Assembly (NCBI GenBank): GCA_043811375.1
Contig: JBDRNJ010000057.1
Span: forward strand, 3,281 to 67,280
Direction: 5' to 3'
Length of the DNA: 64,000 nucleotides
Source: a bacterium
GTDB taxonomy: Bacteria > Zixibacteria > MSB-5A5 > GN15 > FEB-12
Below are positions 41,069 through 51,406 of the stretch, in pieces (position 1 is the first letter of the stretch; each line of letters opens with the position of its first letter). The notes beneath the pieces are model-generated. The model worked only from the letters and a program-made list of their open reading frames with translations. It ran no database searches and had not been told where the DNA came from. A program made the translations under genes and the position numbers.

Positions 41069-42268
41069 ATGGAGGATTTGAAAATGTATTGTCGAATCAA
41101 AGCTATGTGGGTCCTCGTGGGGCTGGTGGCCGTTGTGGTCATGCTGGCCGGCTGCTCCAAGGAGGCCGGCAGGCAACAGGAGTATAAGATTGCAGCCATT
41201 CTCCCGATCAGCGGTCCTAACGCCGCACAGGGAATAGGAATGATGAACTCGTGCAAGGCAGCCATTGACGAGTTGAAGCGTACCGGCAAGCTAAAGGACA
41301 TACAGTTGAAACTGATGGAGCTTGACGACGAGTCTAAGCCGGAGGCAGCGGTGCGAGCCGCCGAACGTGCGGCTCAAGATCCGAAAGTTGTGGCCGTTAC
41401 TGCCCATTGGAACAGTGGCTGCGCTTTGGCGACCAATCCGGTGTTTCACAGCCATGGTCTGGCCAATCTGGTACCTGCCGCGATCAATTCGAAGATCACC
41501 CTTGAGCAGGAGGGTGATGAGATATTTCGCATCGATCCCCATGACCTGATCATCGTGGAGTACGCAGCCCGATTCGCCGTCACGAGAGAAGACTGGAAGC
41601 GGGTCTACGTCATCGATGACAACACTTTTTATGGCAAAGAGCTGGCGCGCAAGTTCCGCGGATTCTATGAACAGGATGGCCGAACTGTGATTGGCCAGGA
41701 CGCCGTCAACGTAGGGGAGCAGGACTTCACCGCACTGCTGACGCGGATCGACGGATCCTCGCCCGACGTAATCTTCTTCGGGGGCGTGGTGGCCGAGGCA
41801 GCCCTGATTCGTCGACAAATGAAGACAGTGGGTATGGAAGCTGATTTCATCAGCCTCACCGGGATATTCACGGAGTCGTTCATAAAGGCCGCCGGTCCCG
41901 CCGCGGAGGGTGCATTCTCGGTTACGGTGGTGCCACCGATCGATCTGCTCCCGGGATCGGATGAGTTTCTTGCCGCCTATGAGCGCGGCAAATACAGTCA
42001 TCCCCATGAGGCGTGGGGTGTCTATGCATACGCATCTATTCAAGTCTTGGCGGAGGCCATTAGTCGATCGCTGCCAAACCCGGACCGCCGTACCGTTATC
42101 GATCAGCTAAAGACAGGCGAGTTTGAGACTGTGCTGGGCGATATGCGCTTTGATAGCGACGGGCAAACGACTCTCGTCACTCTGTTCATATACGAAGTCA
42201 CAGATGGTCAATGGGTACCCAGATACTATGTTGCGGGATCTGGTGAGTTGGCTCCATTTGAGAGTTAG
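41069..42268 (+). CDS. livK: branched-chain amino acid-type ABC substrate-binding lipoprotein
   Basis: LAGC lipobox; PISGP, DDESKP, HWNSG, FRI and YGKELA motifs. Confidence 0.85.
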   Translation: MEDLKMYCRIKAMWVLVGLVAVVVMLAGCSKEAGRQQEYKIAAILPISGPNAAQGIGMMNSCKAAIDELKRTGKLKDIQLKLMELDDESKPEAAVRAAERAAQDPKVVAVTAHWNSGCALATNPVFHSHGLANLVPAAINSKITLEQEGDEIFRIDPHDLIIVEYAARFAVTREDWKRVYVIDDNTFYGKELARKFRGFYEQDGRTVIGQDAVNVGEQDFTALLTRIDGSSPDVIFFGGVVAEAALIRRQMKTVGMEADFISLTGIFTESFIKAAGPAAEGAFSVTVVPPIDLLPGSDEFLAAYERGKYSHPHEAWGVYAYASIQVLAEAISRSLPNPDRRTVIDQLKTGEFETVLGDMRFDSDGQTTLVTLFIYEVTDGQWVPRYYVAGSGELAPFES

Positions 42269-43180
42269 ATGGAACTTCAACAACTGTTAAACTTTCTCAC
42301 TCTGGGATGCGTCTATACCACCGTGGCCCTGGGTTTTACTCTGTACTTCGGAACCGTAAACCTGATAAACTTCGCTCACGGTGAGTTGTGTATGCTGGCC
42401 GCCTTCGGAGCCCTGATGGCCACTCGGCTTTTCGATCTGCATCTCGGCCAAATCGGCTGGGGCTGGATTCTGGTGACTACCGCCGCAGGTATGCTGTTGA
42501 CCATTGGTGTCGGCTGGCTGTCGTATTGGTCCATCTTCCGGAGAATCAGGGGGCGTCCGCTGATCGAAGGGCTCCTTGTATCCATCGCGCTTTCAATGCT
42601 GCTCCGTGAACTGATACTGCACCTGTATCCGAACGGGGGAAATCCGCAGCCGTTTCCGGACCCCTTTCACCTGGAGTATCTACAGATCGGTGATATTACG
42701 ATCTCCTACATGCGGTTGACCGCGCTTCTCATTTGTGGTGGTTTGACGGTGCTATTCTACTTCTTGGTCCTGCGAACGGATGTGGGCCGCGTCATGAGGG
42801 CCATTTCCCAGGACCCCGAAGCGGCCGTGATGATGGGTCTACCCGTCGAACGAATCATCGGCTGGTCATTCGTGATTGGGTCCGCTCTAGCCGGCATTGC
42901 CGGCATCATGACAGGAGCTCTTTACGGCAGCGTGAAATTCGATATGGGAATAATGCTGGGCGTAAAAGGTTTTGTGGCCGCCGTCGTCGGAGGGCTCGAC
43001 AACCCTAGGGGGGCGCTTATGGGGGGACTGATGGTTGCCGGCCTTGAGGTCTTTGTGGTGGGATCGTTTGCCGGTGGTTCGGCATATCGTGATATAGTGG
43101 TCTTCGCCGTCTTGATCGGATTGATCCTGATTCGCCCCCAGGGGCTTCTGGGAAGGAAAGTGGCCCTTGGCAGCAGCTAG
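42269..43180 (+). CDS. livH: branched-chain amino acid ABC permease
   Basis: INFAHGE, GRVMRAISQDPEAA, GFVAAVVGG and RPQGLLG motifs. Confidence 0.9.
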   Translation: MELQQLLNFLTLGCVYTTVALGFTLYFGTVNLINFAHGELCMLAAFGALMATRLFDLHLGQIGWGWILVTTAAGMLLTIGVGWLSYWSIFRRIRGRPLIEGLLVSIALSMLLRELILHLYPNGGNPQPFPDPFHLEYLQIGDITISYMRLTALLICGGLTVLFYFLVLRTDVGRVMRAISQDPEAAVMMGLPVERIIGWSFVIGSALAGIAGIMTGALYGSVKFDMGIMLGVKGFVAAVVGGLDNPRGALMGGLMVAGLEVFVVGSFAGGSAYRDIVVFAVLIGLILIRPQGLLGRKVALGSS

Positions 43181-44315
43181 GACTATTGCGGTCAACGTGA
43201 TCGGCGCGGCCGTCCTGGTGGGTGCGCTGGCCGTTATAATGGCCACCAAGGATACGTACGTTGGGTACGGCCTGATTGCCGTCGCTGTATTCCTGCTGGC
43301 TTCTTACCGACTTCGCCTCAAGACCGCAAGTGGTCAGAAGTCGATCTTACGGGTTAATCCCCGTTCTTCGGGGTTCGTCATTGCATTGGTGGCATCGCTG
43401 GCATTACTGCCGTTGCTGCAGGTTGATCAAACCTATTCCCTCTACATTGAAACCAGGATGTTGGTCTTGGCGGTCAGCCTGCTCGCCTTTTCGGCCACCC
43501 TCGGCATGACGGGAATGGTGGATATCGGAATCGGTGCCTACTTGGGTACCGGGGCATACATATCTGCCCGCTTGAGCATGAGCCTTGGCCTGCCCGTACC
43601 GGTTGCGGTCACCGTCGCCATACTAGCTTCTCTTCTGCTTGGTCTTCTACTGGGGCTGATAGTGGTGCGATCCCGCGGACACTATTTCGCCCTGGTCACT
43701 CTTGGGCTGGGACTAGTCTTCTATCATGTATTCGTTCAGGCTGAGGCGGTTACCCTGGGCGTGGATGGAATAGCGAATGTCCCCCGCTTCTCATCATCAA
43801 TCTTCCAAGCGATCGACGCTGCGGACTCAACCCAGCTGATCCGGCGCGATTACGCCCTCGACTTCTACACTGCCCTGGTCATCTTTGCATTGGTTCTCGT
43901 GTTTATCCTTCGGCTTGATGCCAGTCAGTTGGGACGAGATTTGAGAGCGACCAAAGATGATGAAACAGCAGCCACGAGCGTTGGATTGGATGTTTTGCGC
44001 CTTCGCGTTTTGGCCTACGCCGTCAGTGCGGGGATTGCCGGCCTAGCTGGGGCTATGCATGCCCATACCGTGGGTTACATTGCACCCGGCGATTTTGGCT
44101 TCAAACAGTCGGTCTTTCTGATCGCGATTGCAGTCCTCGGTGGTTCGGGCAGTCCGATGGCATCGGTTGGTGCCGCCTTTGGAATACTGATACTCGAGGA
44201 GAAGCTGAGGGGATTCGGCGATTTGCGTATTATTCTGATCGCCTGTTCCATCCTGGCTATCATTCTATACCGAGCGAGGATTCGCTCCGCAGGTCGATAT
44301 GAAACCCAAAGCTGA
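43167..44315 (+). CDS. livM: branched-chain amino acid ABC permease
   Basis: RGHYFALVTLG, GRDLRATKDDETAA and VLGGSG motifs. Confidence 0.88.
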   Translation: MAAARTIAVNVIGAAVLVGALAVIMATKDTYVGYGLIAVAVFLLASYRLRLKTASGQKSILRVNPRSSGFVIALVASLALLPLLQVDQTYSLYIETRMLVLAVSLLAFSATLGMTGMVDIGIGAYLGTGAYISARLSMSLGLPVPVAVTVAILASLLLGLLLGLIVVRSRGHYFALVTLGLGLVFYHVFVQAEAVTLGVDGIANVPRFSSSIFQAIDAADSTQLIRRDYALDFYTALVIFALVLVFILRLDASQLGRDLRATKDDETAATSVGLDVLRLRVLAYAVSAGIAGLAGAMHAHTVGYIAPGDFGFKQSVFLIAIAVLGGSGSPMASVGAAFGILILEEKLRGFGDLRIILIACSILAIILYRARIRSAGRYETQS

Positions 44316-45105
44316 CCAGCCTATGTTGTTGCGGGTATCGGGACTGGGAAAGTCCTTTGGCGGACTGATGGCTCTGAGGGACTTTCATCTGTCTGTTCCC
44401 CAGGGTGAGATCTGCGGTATCATGGGTCCCAACGGTTCGGGGAAAACGGTTTTTTTCGATCTTGTTTCCGGATTCATCACCCCCGATACGGGACGGATTT
44501 TCTTCGGCGAGGCGAACCGGGACATCACGAGATTGCCGTCCCACGCCCGAACCACCCAGGGGATCGCCAGGACCTTTCAACACCAACGGTTGTTCAGCAG
44601 TCTGACTACCGAAGAGAACGTAATAGCCGGTCTCGGATCTCGATCGGCCTGGGAAAACCTGAAGGAGATACTGCTGCCTCCAAACGCCAGGGCGTTGAGA
44701 GCAGTTCGAAGATCGAAGGCGGAAAGGATCATGCGCCGTTTTCCGGACCGCCTGATGCCACGTCGTCACGAGTCCTGCCTTGCCCTGTCATATGCCAATC
44801 GCCGGCGCTTGGAGATTGCGCGAGCCTTAGTCGGGCATCCGAGGCTGGTGCTTCTGGACGAGCCTACGGCGGGGATGAACCCTCGAGATACTTACGAACT
44901 GCAAACCCTGATTCACCACATGAAATCCGAAGGTGTTACCTTTGTGATTATCGAACACAAGCTGTTCTTCTTTGAGGACCTCGCCGATCGCATAGTCGTG
45001 CTGGATCAGGGCACCAAGATCGCTGAGGGACGAATACAGGACATCCGTCGTAACGCTGACGTTAGCGCAGCCTACCTGGGAGTGACCAATGCTTCTGACA
45101 GTTGA
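44299..45105 (+). CDS. livG: branched-chain amino acid ABC ATPase
   Basis: GPNGSGKT, GIARTFQ, LSYANRRRLEIARAL and DEPTAG motifs. Confidence 0.9.
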   Translation: MKPKADQPMLLRVSGLGKSFGGLMALRDFHLSVPQGEICGIMGPNGSGKTVFFDLVSGFITPDTGRIFFGEANRDITRLPSHARTTQGIARTFQHQRLFSSLTTEENVIAGLGSRSAWENLKEILLPPNARALRAVRRSKAERIMRRFPDRLMPRRHESCLALSYANRRRLEIARALVGHPRLVLLDEPTAGMNPRDTYELQTLIHHMKSEGVTFVIIEHKLFFFEDLADRIVVLDQGTKIAEGRIQDIRRNADVSAAYLGVTNASDS

Positions 45106-45808
45106 GGGACTATCGGTCAGTGTTGGTGGCTTTCCGGTCCTCAAGGAGGTCGACCTGGAAGTGGCCCAGGGCGAAATAGTAGCCCTGTTGGGGGCCAACG
45201 CATCAGGTAAGACCACGACCTTGAAGTCAATCTTGGGGATGTACAATCCGACGGCGGGGCGCATCCTATTCAACGGTGCCGTCATCACGCACCTTAGTAC
45301 GAAGGAACGAGTTGGATTGGGAATAGCCATCGTGCCTGAAAACAGGCGTCTGTTTCCGGCATTGACCGTACAGGAGAACCTCAGCCTGACTCGCCGGTAC
45401 CTGCCGGACTCCCGGCGTGACGAGGTTGAGTCGTTCTGCCGCGATCGGTTTCCGTTATTTCAGACCGAACGGAGAATGAGTCAATTGGCCGGAACGCTCA
45501 GCGGTGGCGAACAGCAACAGGTAGCCATGGCCCGAGCGCTCATGCTCAATCCGCGCCTGTTGCTGTTGGATGAACCGTCGATGGGGATGTCCGTGAAATT
45601 GGTGCATGAAAACTTCGCGATTCTTCAAGATGTGGCCGCCATGGGGATCGGCGTGCTGTTGGTCGAACAGAATGTGAGCATGTCTTTGAACATTTCAACG
45701 CGGGCTTACGTTCTCAGAGATGGTGCCGTGATACTTAGAGGCGCCTCTGGTAATCTGTTGAGTGATAGAATGATACAACGGTCATTCATGGGTGATTTCG
45801 TTTCGTGA
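45089..45808 (+). CDS. livF: branched-chain amino acid ABC ATPase
   Basis: GANASGKTT, LSGGEQQ, DEPSMG and LLVEQN motifs. Confidence 0.9.
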   Translation: MLLTVEGLSVSVGGFPVLKEVDLEVAQGEIVALLGANASGKTTTLKSILGMYNPTAGRILFNGAVITHLSTKERVGLGIAIVPENRRLFPALTVQENLSLTRRYLPDSRRDEVESFCRDRFPLFQTERRMSQLAGTLSGGEQQQVAMARALMLNPRLLLLDEPSMGMSVKLVHENFAILQDVAAMGIGVLLVEQNVSMSLNISTRAYVLRDGAVILRGASGNLLSDRMIQRSFMGDFVS

Positions 45809-45835
45809 AGTGGTATATTCAAGTTTTCCCCGGCC

Positions 45836-46684
45836 TTGACCGAAACAACATACAGAGGTGTATCAGTTATGAGAGTTGATGCGAGTAGACAGTATGACCA
45901 GGAGACAGCCGTGATGAAACCCATTCGCAGGGAAGAGCATCGACTACCATTGTTCTCGTGCCGAGGCTTGGCCACATACCGGGTTCATGATTTGGACATA
46001 CGTCTTCAAATGACTCCTGATAATGTGTTCCCACCGAGTGAGACGAGCCTTGTTCTTGCAGAGATCGTGGCACAAACGCCGGTCGAATCGGCGTTGGACA
46101 TCGGTACCGGATGCGGCGTCCTGGCGATTTCTCTGGCGTTGACAGGATGCCGCCAAGTGACGGCGATTGACTGCAACAGTACGGCCATAGCGTGCGCCAG
46201 AGAAAACGCCCGTTTAAACGGCTTGGAGAACCGGATTGAGTTCCTTGCCGAGGACGCTTATGCCTATCAGCCCGAATCTAGGTTTGATCTGGTTGTCACA
46301 AACCCTCCGTTTTTGCCGATTATTCCGGGTCGTCGGTTTAGGTCAGACAAGATCATGCAGGCCATAGATGGAGGGGCTGTGGGTGCCGACCATATCGTCG
46401 GATTTGCCCGGCGTGCAAAAGATCTTCTCGCACCCACCGGCAAATTCGTTGTAGCCGTTCCTCACTTCGTGTCGTTGGACCTGGTCTTAAGCAAATTGAA
46501 GGAACTGTACAGCCTTCGACTCCTAAGGCAGGAGCCGATCCGATTCTGGCTGGCCGAGTATGACCCTGACTATCGAAATCACATAATCGCTTTGGTAGCC
46601 AAGGGAGTGTCCGAAGCCTCGGAGTCACGTGAAGGTCTTGTGATGAGTAAGCTCTCCGTATTCGAGTGTTCACCTTATTCGTAG
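45836..46684 (+). CDS. class I SAM methyltransferase, HemK/PrmC-like (NPPF)
   Basis: VFPP.ET, LDIGTGCG, VTNPPF and DGG motifs; start uncertain. Confidence 0.85.
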   Translation: MTETTYRGVSVMRVDASRQYDQETAVMKPIRREEHRLPLFSCRGLATYRVHDLDIRLQMTPDNVFPPSETSLVLAEIVAQTPVESALDIGTGCGVLAISLALTGCRQVTAIDCNSTAIACARENARLNGLENRIEFLAEDAYAYQPESRFDLVVTNPPFLPIIPGRRFRSDKIMQAIDGGAVGADHIVGFARRAKDLLAPTGKFVVAVPHFVSLDLVLSKLKELYSLRLLRQEPIRFWLAEYDPDYRNHIIALVAKGVSEASESREGLVMSKLSVFECSPYS

Positions 46685-47064
46685 ACAGTCATGACACTAG
46701 GGACGAACATACCGTGTAACGGTGTGCGTCACAGAATCGTCACAGGTTTCTTTGAGACCCTTTCAACCCCTTGACGGAGTGAATATTGTCGGATGCATGC
46801 TTGTGCCGTGAATTCGAGTCACGTTTTTCATCGACTGCGGTACACTTCGTCAAGAGATTGACGGTAGGTTCGTACGTTGGGAAACCCCGCTCAGGACTGG
46901 CGATTTCGGGTCCGATCGATTAATGCGAACAAGAGGTGATGCGTATTTTGATCGACTTCGAGACTCGTGGTGGGAGTTCGCGTCCGCTGTCATAGATCGC
47001 TGTGACAGATTTGTGACACTCCGGGGTTGATAAGACTCGAACCCCCGCGAACCACAGACTTCAC

Positions 47065-48651
47065 TCAATTGGGCATACTAGCGTCTTTTACGCGAAAGGT
47101 CAGTACCACCTCCCTGCGCTCAGGATCATAGGAAATCGATTCGAGCAACTCACGTATCATTTTGGTCTTCTCGCGCTCTACCAGCACTTCCCACAACGAT
47201 CCAAACCGCGCCAGGGCATCGATCAAGTGATCCTTGTCGACAGTCTCTGATGCAACTTGATCACGTTCCATGTCGATTTCGTTGATCCTGTGATCCAAAC
47301 GGCCCAGGAGTTTTTCTGACTCTTTCAACCGTTCCCCAACCGTTGTAAGGGGCGTGTCGGAAGAGGCAATGGCCGCGACCAGACGTTCAATCTTCTCCTC
47401 GAGTCGGCACTTCTGCTCGGAGAGCCGCTCGCGATCCTGCTTCAGCTTTGTGGCATGGCGTTCTCTTCGCTTCACAGCTTCGGCAAACGCTTGCTCCCTT
47501 AGACCCGGATCTTCTCCGATACGTCCGATCATTGCCACCACATGGTTCTCGATCTCCTGTGCAGGCAGTGGCCGGGTATCACAGACTTCCCGACCTCGCT
47601 TCTGCTTTGTTGTGCAGAGGTAATAACGATAGAGCCTGTTCTGCTTCTTGGCATACGTGTGGGCCATAGCAGCACCGCAGTTTCCGCACTTCATTAGCCC
47701 CTTCAACAGTCCCATATGCGGGTAACGGGTGGCTTTCTTACCGGCATGCGTGTTCTTCCGGATCAGTGCTTGGACTTGATCGAAAACGGACATGTCAATG
47801 ATAGCCGAGTGTTCGCCCGGCAATATCTGACTCTTGTGGTTTACCTGACCGTTATAGGTCACATTAGTCAGGATTCGTTGGAGTCGGGCCTTGTCGAAAG
47901 GCACCCCCTTGCGCAGGGTACCTTTCTTGGTGAGATGAGATTTTGTCTTCCAGCCTCGACGATTAGCCTCTTGGGCCACTTTCAGCATCGATTTCTTCTC
48001 TAAGTACAGGTCAAACAGACCCCGCACTATCTTGACCTCCTCCGGGTTGAGCACCAGTCGCTTGCGGTCACGGTCGATGTCATATCCGAGCACCGGCGGC
48101 CCCCCCAGCCACTTCCCCTTGCGCCGCGCGGCACACATTTTGTCCGACGTCCTCTCCGATATTATTTCCCGCTCAAATTGAGCAAAGGACAGAAGGACGT
48201 TAAGAACCAGTCTCCCCATCGACGTTGCGGTATTGAACTGTTGTGTGATCGAGACAAACGAAACCTGGTTGACCTCGAAGACTTCCATCAATCGGGCGAA
48301 GTCCAGAAGCGACCGGGAAAGGCGGTCTACCTTGTAGACTAGAACGCAGTCGATCCGGCCGCTCTGAATATCAGCAAGCAATCTCAGGAGAGCCGGCCGG
48401 TCAGTATTACCACCCGTGAAGCCGCCATCATCGTACTGGTCCGACAATGGCAGCCATCCCTGTGACCGCTGGCTCTTGATGAACGCCTCACAGGCTTCTC
48501 GTTGGGCATCAAGCGTGGAGAAGTCGGAGTCCAACCCTTCGGTGGTCGACTTGCGAGTGTAGATGGCACAGCGAATTGTCTTCGCCGAAGTGAAGAGCCT
48601 CTCGATTTGCCCTCTGCCGTTATCGTGGCGTTGACTGGCAAGTGGGGTCAA
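47065..48651 (-). CDS. large serine recombinase (resolvase + recombinase + zinc ribbon)
   Basis: AIYTRKS catalytic Ser, DRLSRS, FAQFERE, CGNCG...YYLC. Confidence 0.93.
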   Translation of the reverse strand: MTPLASQRHDNGRGQIERLFTSAKTIRCAIYTRKSTTEGLDSDFSTLDAQREACEAFIKSQRSQGWLPLSDQYDDGGFTGGNTDRPALLRLLADIQSGRIDCVLVYKVDRLSRSLLDFARLMEVFEVNQVSFVSITQQFNTATSMGRLVLNVLLSFAQFEREIISERTSDKMCAARRKGKWLGGPPVLGYDIDRDRKRLVLNPEEVKIVRGLFDLYLEKKSMLKVAQEANRRGWKTKSHLTKKGTLRKGVPFDKARLQRILTNVTYNGQVNHKSQILPGEHSAIIDMSVFDQVQALIRKNTHAGKKATRYPHMGLLKGLMKCGNCGAAMAHTYAKKQNRLYRYYLCTTKQKRGREVCDTRPLPAQEIENHVVAMIGRIGEDPGLREQAFAEAVKRRERHATKLKQDRERLSEQKCRLEEKIERLVAAIASSDTPLTTVGERLKESEKLLGRLDHRINEIDMERDQVASETVDKDHLIDALARFGSLWEVLVEREKTKMIRELLESISYDPERREVVLTFRVKDASMPN

Positions 48652-48653
48652 CG

Positions 48654-49166
48654 CTACTTACTCCCTCTCTTTGTCAGTCCAAAGAACAGAAACCCATTCC
48701 AGATTGAGCCGGTGATATGTCTGGCCAGAGCCGACAGCGACCGGAACTGTTGACCGGCGTATTCAAATCCGTTCTCAAGGACCCGCACGTTGATTTTCTT
48801 GCCCTTATAAGTCTTGGTAATGGTGGTCCCGACCTTGGGCAGTCGGGGATCGGTGGCACCCAAAGGGCGAGATTGTCGCTTCCTGGGCTGCTTCGCACTG
48901 CCTTTGGCCTTCGTGGAATTACGCACCAGCCGCTTGCGCTTCGGATTGAACTTAGATGTCAGCGCCGAGTCGGATGACCCTTTTGACTCCGCCTGCCCGC
49001 TGGCCGCCTGTAGTTTTTTGGCTATGGCAGCGTAGAGATATTTACGGCTGCGAGATTTTGACTCCTTTCCGAAGATTTTGGCGTATTCTTCCCTCAATTC
49101 TTTCAGCCCCATCTTTTGCAGAGCAGAGATGCGCTGCCAATTCTGGTTCGTCTGGTCGTCCTTCAT
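48654..49166 (-). CDS. DUF2924 domain protein
   Basis: LPKVGTTITKTYKG..V.VLENGFEY.GQQFRSLSALARHITGSIWNGFLFFGL; typical partner upstream of a serine recombinase. Confidence 0.88.
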   Translation of the reverse strand: MKDDQTNQNWQRISALQKMGLKELREEYAKIFGKESKSRSRKYLYAAIAKKLQAASGQAESKGSSDSALTSKFNPKRKRLVRNSTKAKGSAKQPRKRQSRPLGATDPRLPKVGTTITKTYKGKKINVRVLENGFEYAGQQFRSLSALARHITGSIWNGFLFFGLTKRGSK

Positions 49167-49461
49167 GCGATAACTCCTTGTTATAAAGTCAGTTAAGTGT
49201 TGCTTGGACACCGTACTGAATCGCTGAGAATGAGGAGAAGTCAAGCGGAAAGATGGCCGATCGAGTACTTTCTGGACGCCAGAAACGGCACGTAATCCGT
49301 TGTTTATCAGGAACATGGGGCAGTCCTTGAGTGCTCGCATGTCACTAAACCAGACGGCGCCTGACCATCAGGCGGCAGGCGAACTTATACTATGTGGCAG
49401 GGAGGACTGCCGCCCGCAGGAGGTAGCAGGGACCGATCTCTATCCCGTCAAAAAAAAGCGC

Positions 49462-49490
49462 TTGACAAACGTTTTTACATTTTGTATTGT
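49462..49490 (+). promoter_or_regulatory. sigma70-like promoter
   Basis: TTGACA-17bp-TATTGT with an upstream A-tract. Confidence 0.55.
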
Positions 49491-49526
49491 ATCCAACAGA
49501 CAATTTACAAACGGAGCCCATGTATT

Positions 49527-50018
49527 ATGGATAACCTGAACAAGATTCGCGAACTCATCGATCAGATCGATGATGCCAAGCTGGTCGATCTCATCTCTTC
49601 CCAGCGGAAACGACTTCAGCTGGCCAGGCAGGAGGTGAAGGAGGCCAAGGCGGAACTGGACTTTCTGGAGCAAGTGTTCCAGTTCAGACATGCCCGCCGG
49701 GCCGGAGACCCCATCGTGAGAATCACTGATCCCAAGGATCCTTTGCAGAAGATCGAGGCTACCGAGTTCAAGCGTGACAACATGGTCACGGCCGTCGAGA
49801 GAATCCTGACTAAGGGAAACCGCACTCTAACTGTGGACGAGATCGTGCACTGCCTGAGATTGGGCGGTTTCCCCTTCCGGGTCAAGGATCCCGCCACTTC
49901 TGTGGAAGTCGTCCTCAATCGCAATAAGGACAAATTCTTCCGAGAAGAGCCACATGTTTTCAGGCTCAGGGATGATGGTAAGAGGGGCGAATCCACACCG
50001 GCGTCCCCTGATGAGTAG
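49527..50018 (+). CDS. coiled-coil + winged-helix hypothetical protein
   Basis: N-terminal coiled coil; AVERIL..GNRTLTVDEIV..L...SVEVVLNR wHTH-like C-terminus. Confidence 0.6.
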   Translation: MDNLNKIRELIDQIDDAKLVDLISSQRKRLQLARQEVKEAKAELDFLEQVFQFRHARRAGDPIVRITDPKDPLQKIEATEFKRDNMVTAVERILTKGNRTLTVDEIVHCLRLGGFPFRVKDPATSVEVVLNRNKDKFFREEPHVFRLRDDGKRGESTPASPDE

Positions 50019-50071
50019 GGGAGCAGGCATGTGGCAGACAGTGACATTGAAAACCAAGGAAGGATTTAACA

Positions 50072-51406
50072 ATGAAAAACAGTGCAAATGACGGCGCGGC
50101 ATCAGGGCGGGGCCGAAACCGCCCCAAGAAAGGTGGCCAGGAACCCGACCGAGCCCAGAACCCTGGTCTTTTCAAGGTCGAGCTGATACCGATCCAGCAA
50201 CTCCGCCCTAATCCAACTAATCCGCGGCACAATGATCACGCCGTAGATGCCGTGGCCAGATCCATTCAGGCGTTCGGGTGGAACTGTCCCATCATTACGG
50301 ATGCCGATTTGAATATCGCGGCTGGCCACACCCGGCTCAAGGCGGCCAAAAAACTCGGTTTCACAAAAGTCCCCGTGATTCGGGTGCCGGGGCTGGTCGG
50401 AGCGAAGCTGATCGGCTATGGCATCGCCGAAAACAAGGTCGCGGAAATAGCAGACTGGGACGAGGAGTCTCTCCAGCAGCTAATTGCTGAACTCAATGAG
50501 GACGTAGATTTTGACCTGAACGCCCTTGGTTATGATGATAACGAACTGACTAGGCTGCTGGACCAGGGATTCCCGGGCAGTTTAGAGAAGGAGGATGAAG
50601 CACCTCCTTTACCGGAGCAACCCATCACCAAAACCGGTGACCTCTGGCTGCTGGGACAACATCGATTGCTCTGCCGCGATGCTACGAAGATTGAGGATGT
50701 CCGGCAGTTAACAGATGGACAGCGCGTTGACTGCCTTCTGACCGATCCGCCATATGGTGTCAATTACAGCAGCCGAGGCCGAAAGAAACAAGCCTGGGGC
50801 GGAATCCAAAACGATAACTTGGATCCGGACCATCTGGAGAAATTCCTGGTGACAGCCTTCAAAAACGCGGCTGCAGTAAGCCGGCCGGGTGCGACTGGTT
50901 ATGTTTTTCACGGAATAAGTAAGGCCGGCATTCGGATAGCCTTCGAGCGGGCCTTCCTCGGTGCCGGGTTTCAACTGGGATCGACGATCATCTGGGTGAA
51001 GCCGTCAGCGTCCATGGGCTGGGGAGACTACCGTGAGCAGCACGAACCGATTCTATATGGCTGGCTGGGCAAAGATCATCGGAGGATCAAGGACCGTACC
51101 CAGACCACCGTTTGGCAAATCGGTCGGGATGGAGATTACCGTCATCCAACTCAGAAACCGGTGGCGCTAATATCTCGAGCTTTGAGAAACTCCACCATCC
51201 GTGGAGAAGTAGTACTTGACCCTTTTGTAGGCTCGGGCACCACCATCATAGCCTGCGAGCAGCTAGGCCGCCGCTGTTTTGCCATGGAGGTTGACCCTCG
51301 GTATTGCGATGTCGCGGTTCAACGGTGGGAATGTTGTATGGGGAGGAAGGCTAACATGATTAGCCCCAGCACAAAATCAGACACGGAGAACGGTAATCAT
51401 GAATAA
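50072..51406 (+). CDS. ParB-N domain + N6/N4 DNA methyltransferase (phage-type)
   Basis: NPR.N, SIQAFGW, AGHTRL; TDPPYG, HPTQKPV and VLDPFVGSGTT motifs. Confidence 0.92.
   Translation: MKNSANDGAASGRGRNRPKKGGQEPDRAQNPGLFKVELIPIQQLRPNPTNPRHNDHAVDAVARSIQAFGWNCPIITDADLNIAAGHTRLKAAKKLGFTKVPVIRVPGLVGAKLIGYGIAENKVAEIADWDEESLQQLIAELNEDVDFDLNALGYDDNELTRLLDQGFPGSLEKEDEAPPLPEQPITKTGDLWLLGQHRLLCRDATKIEDVRQLTDGQRVDCLLTDPPYGVNYSSRGRKKQAWGGIQNDNLDPDHLEKFLVTAFKNAAAVSRPGATGYVFHGISKAGIRIAFERAFLGAGFQLGSTIIWVKPSASMGWGDYREQHEPILYGWLGKDHRRIKDRTQTTVWQIGRDGDYRHPTQKPVALISRALRNSTIRGEVVLDPFVGSGTTIIACEQLGRRCFAMEVDPRYCDVAVQRWECCMGRKANMISPSTKSDTENGNHE

Noticed and set aside
45836-46684. Calling the methyltransferase prmC
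   Set aside because: It lacks the PrmC N-terminal helical domain and the prfA context; the substrate is unknown
47030-47050. GGTTCGAGTC (T-loop-like) on the minus strand after the recombinase, a possible tRNA-derived att site
   Set aside because: No proper T-stem or acceptor stem, and it does not match the tRNA-Asn 3' end
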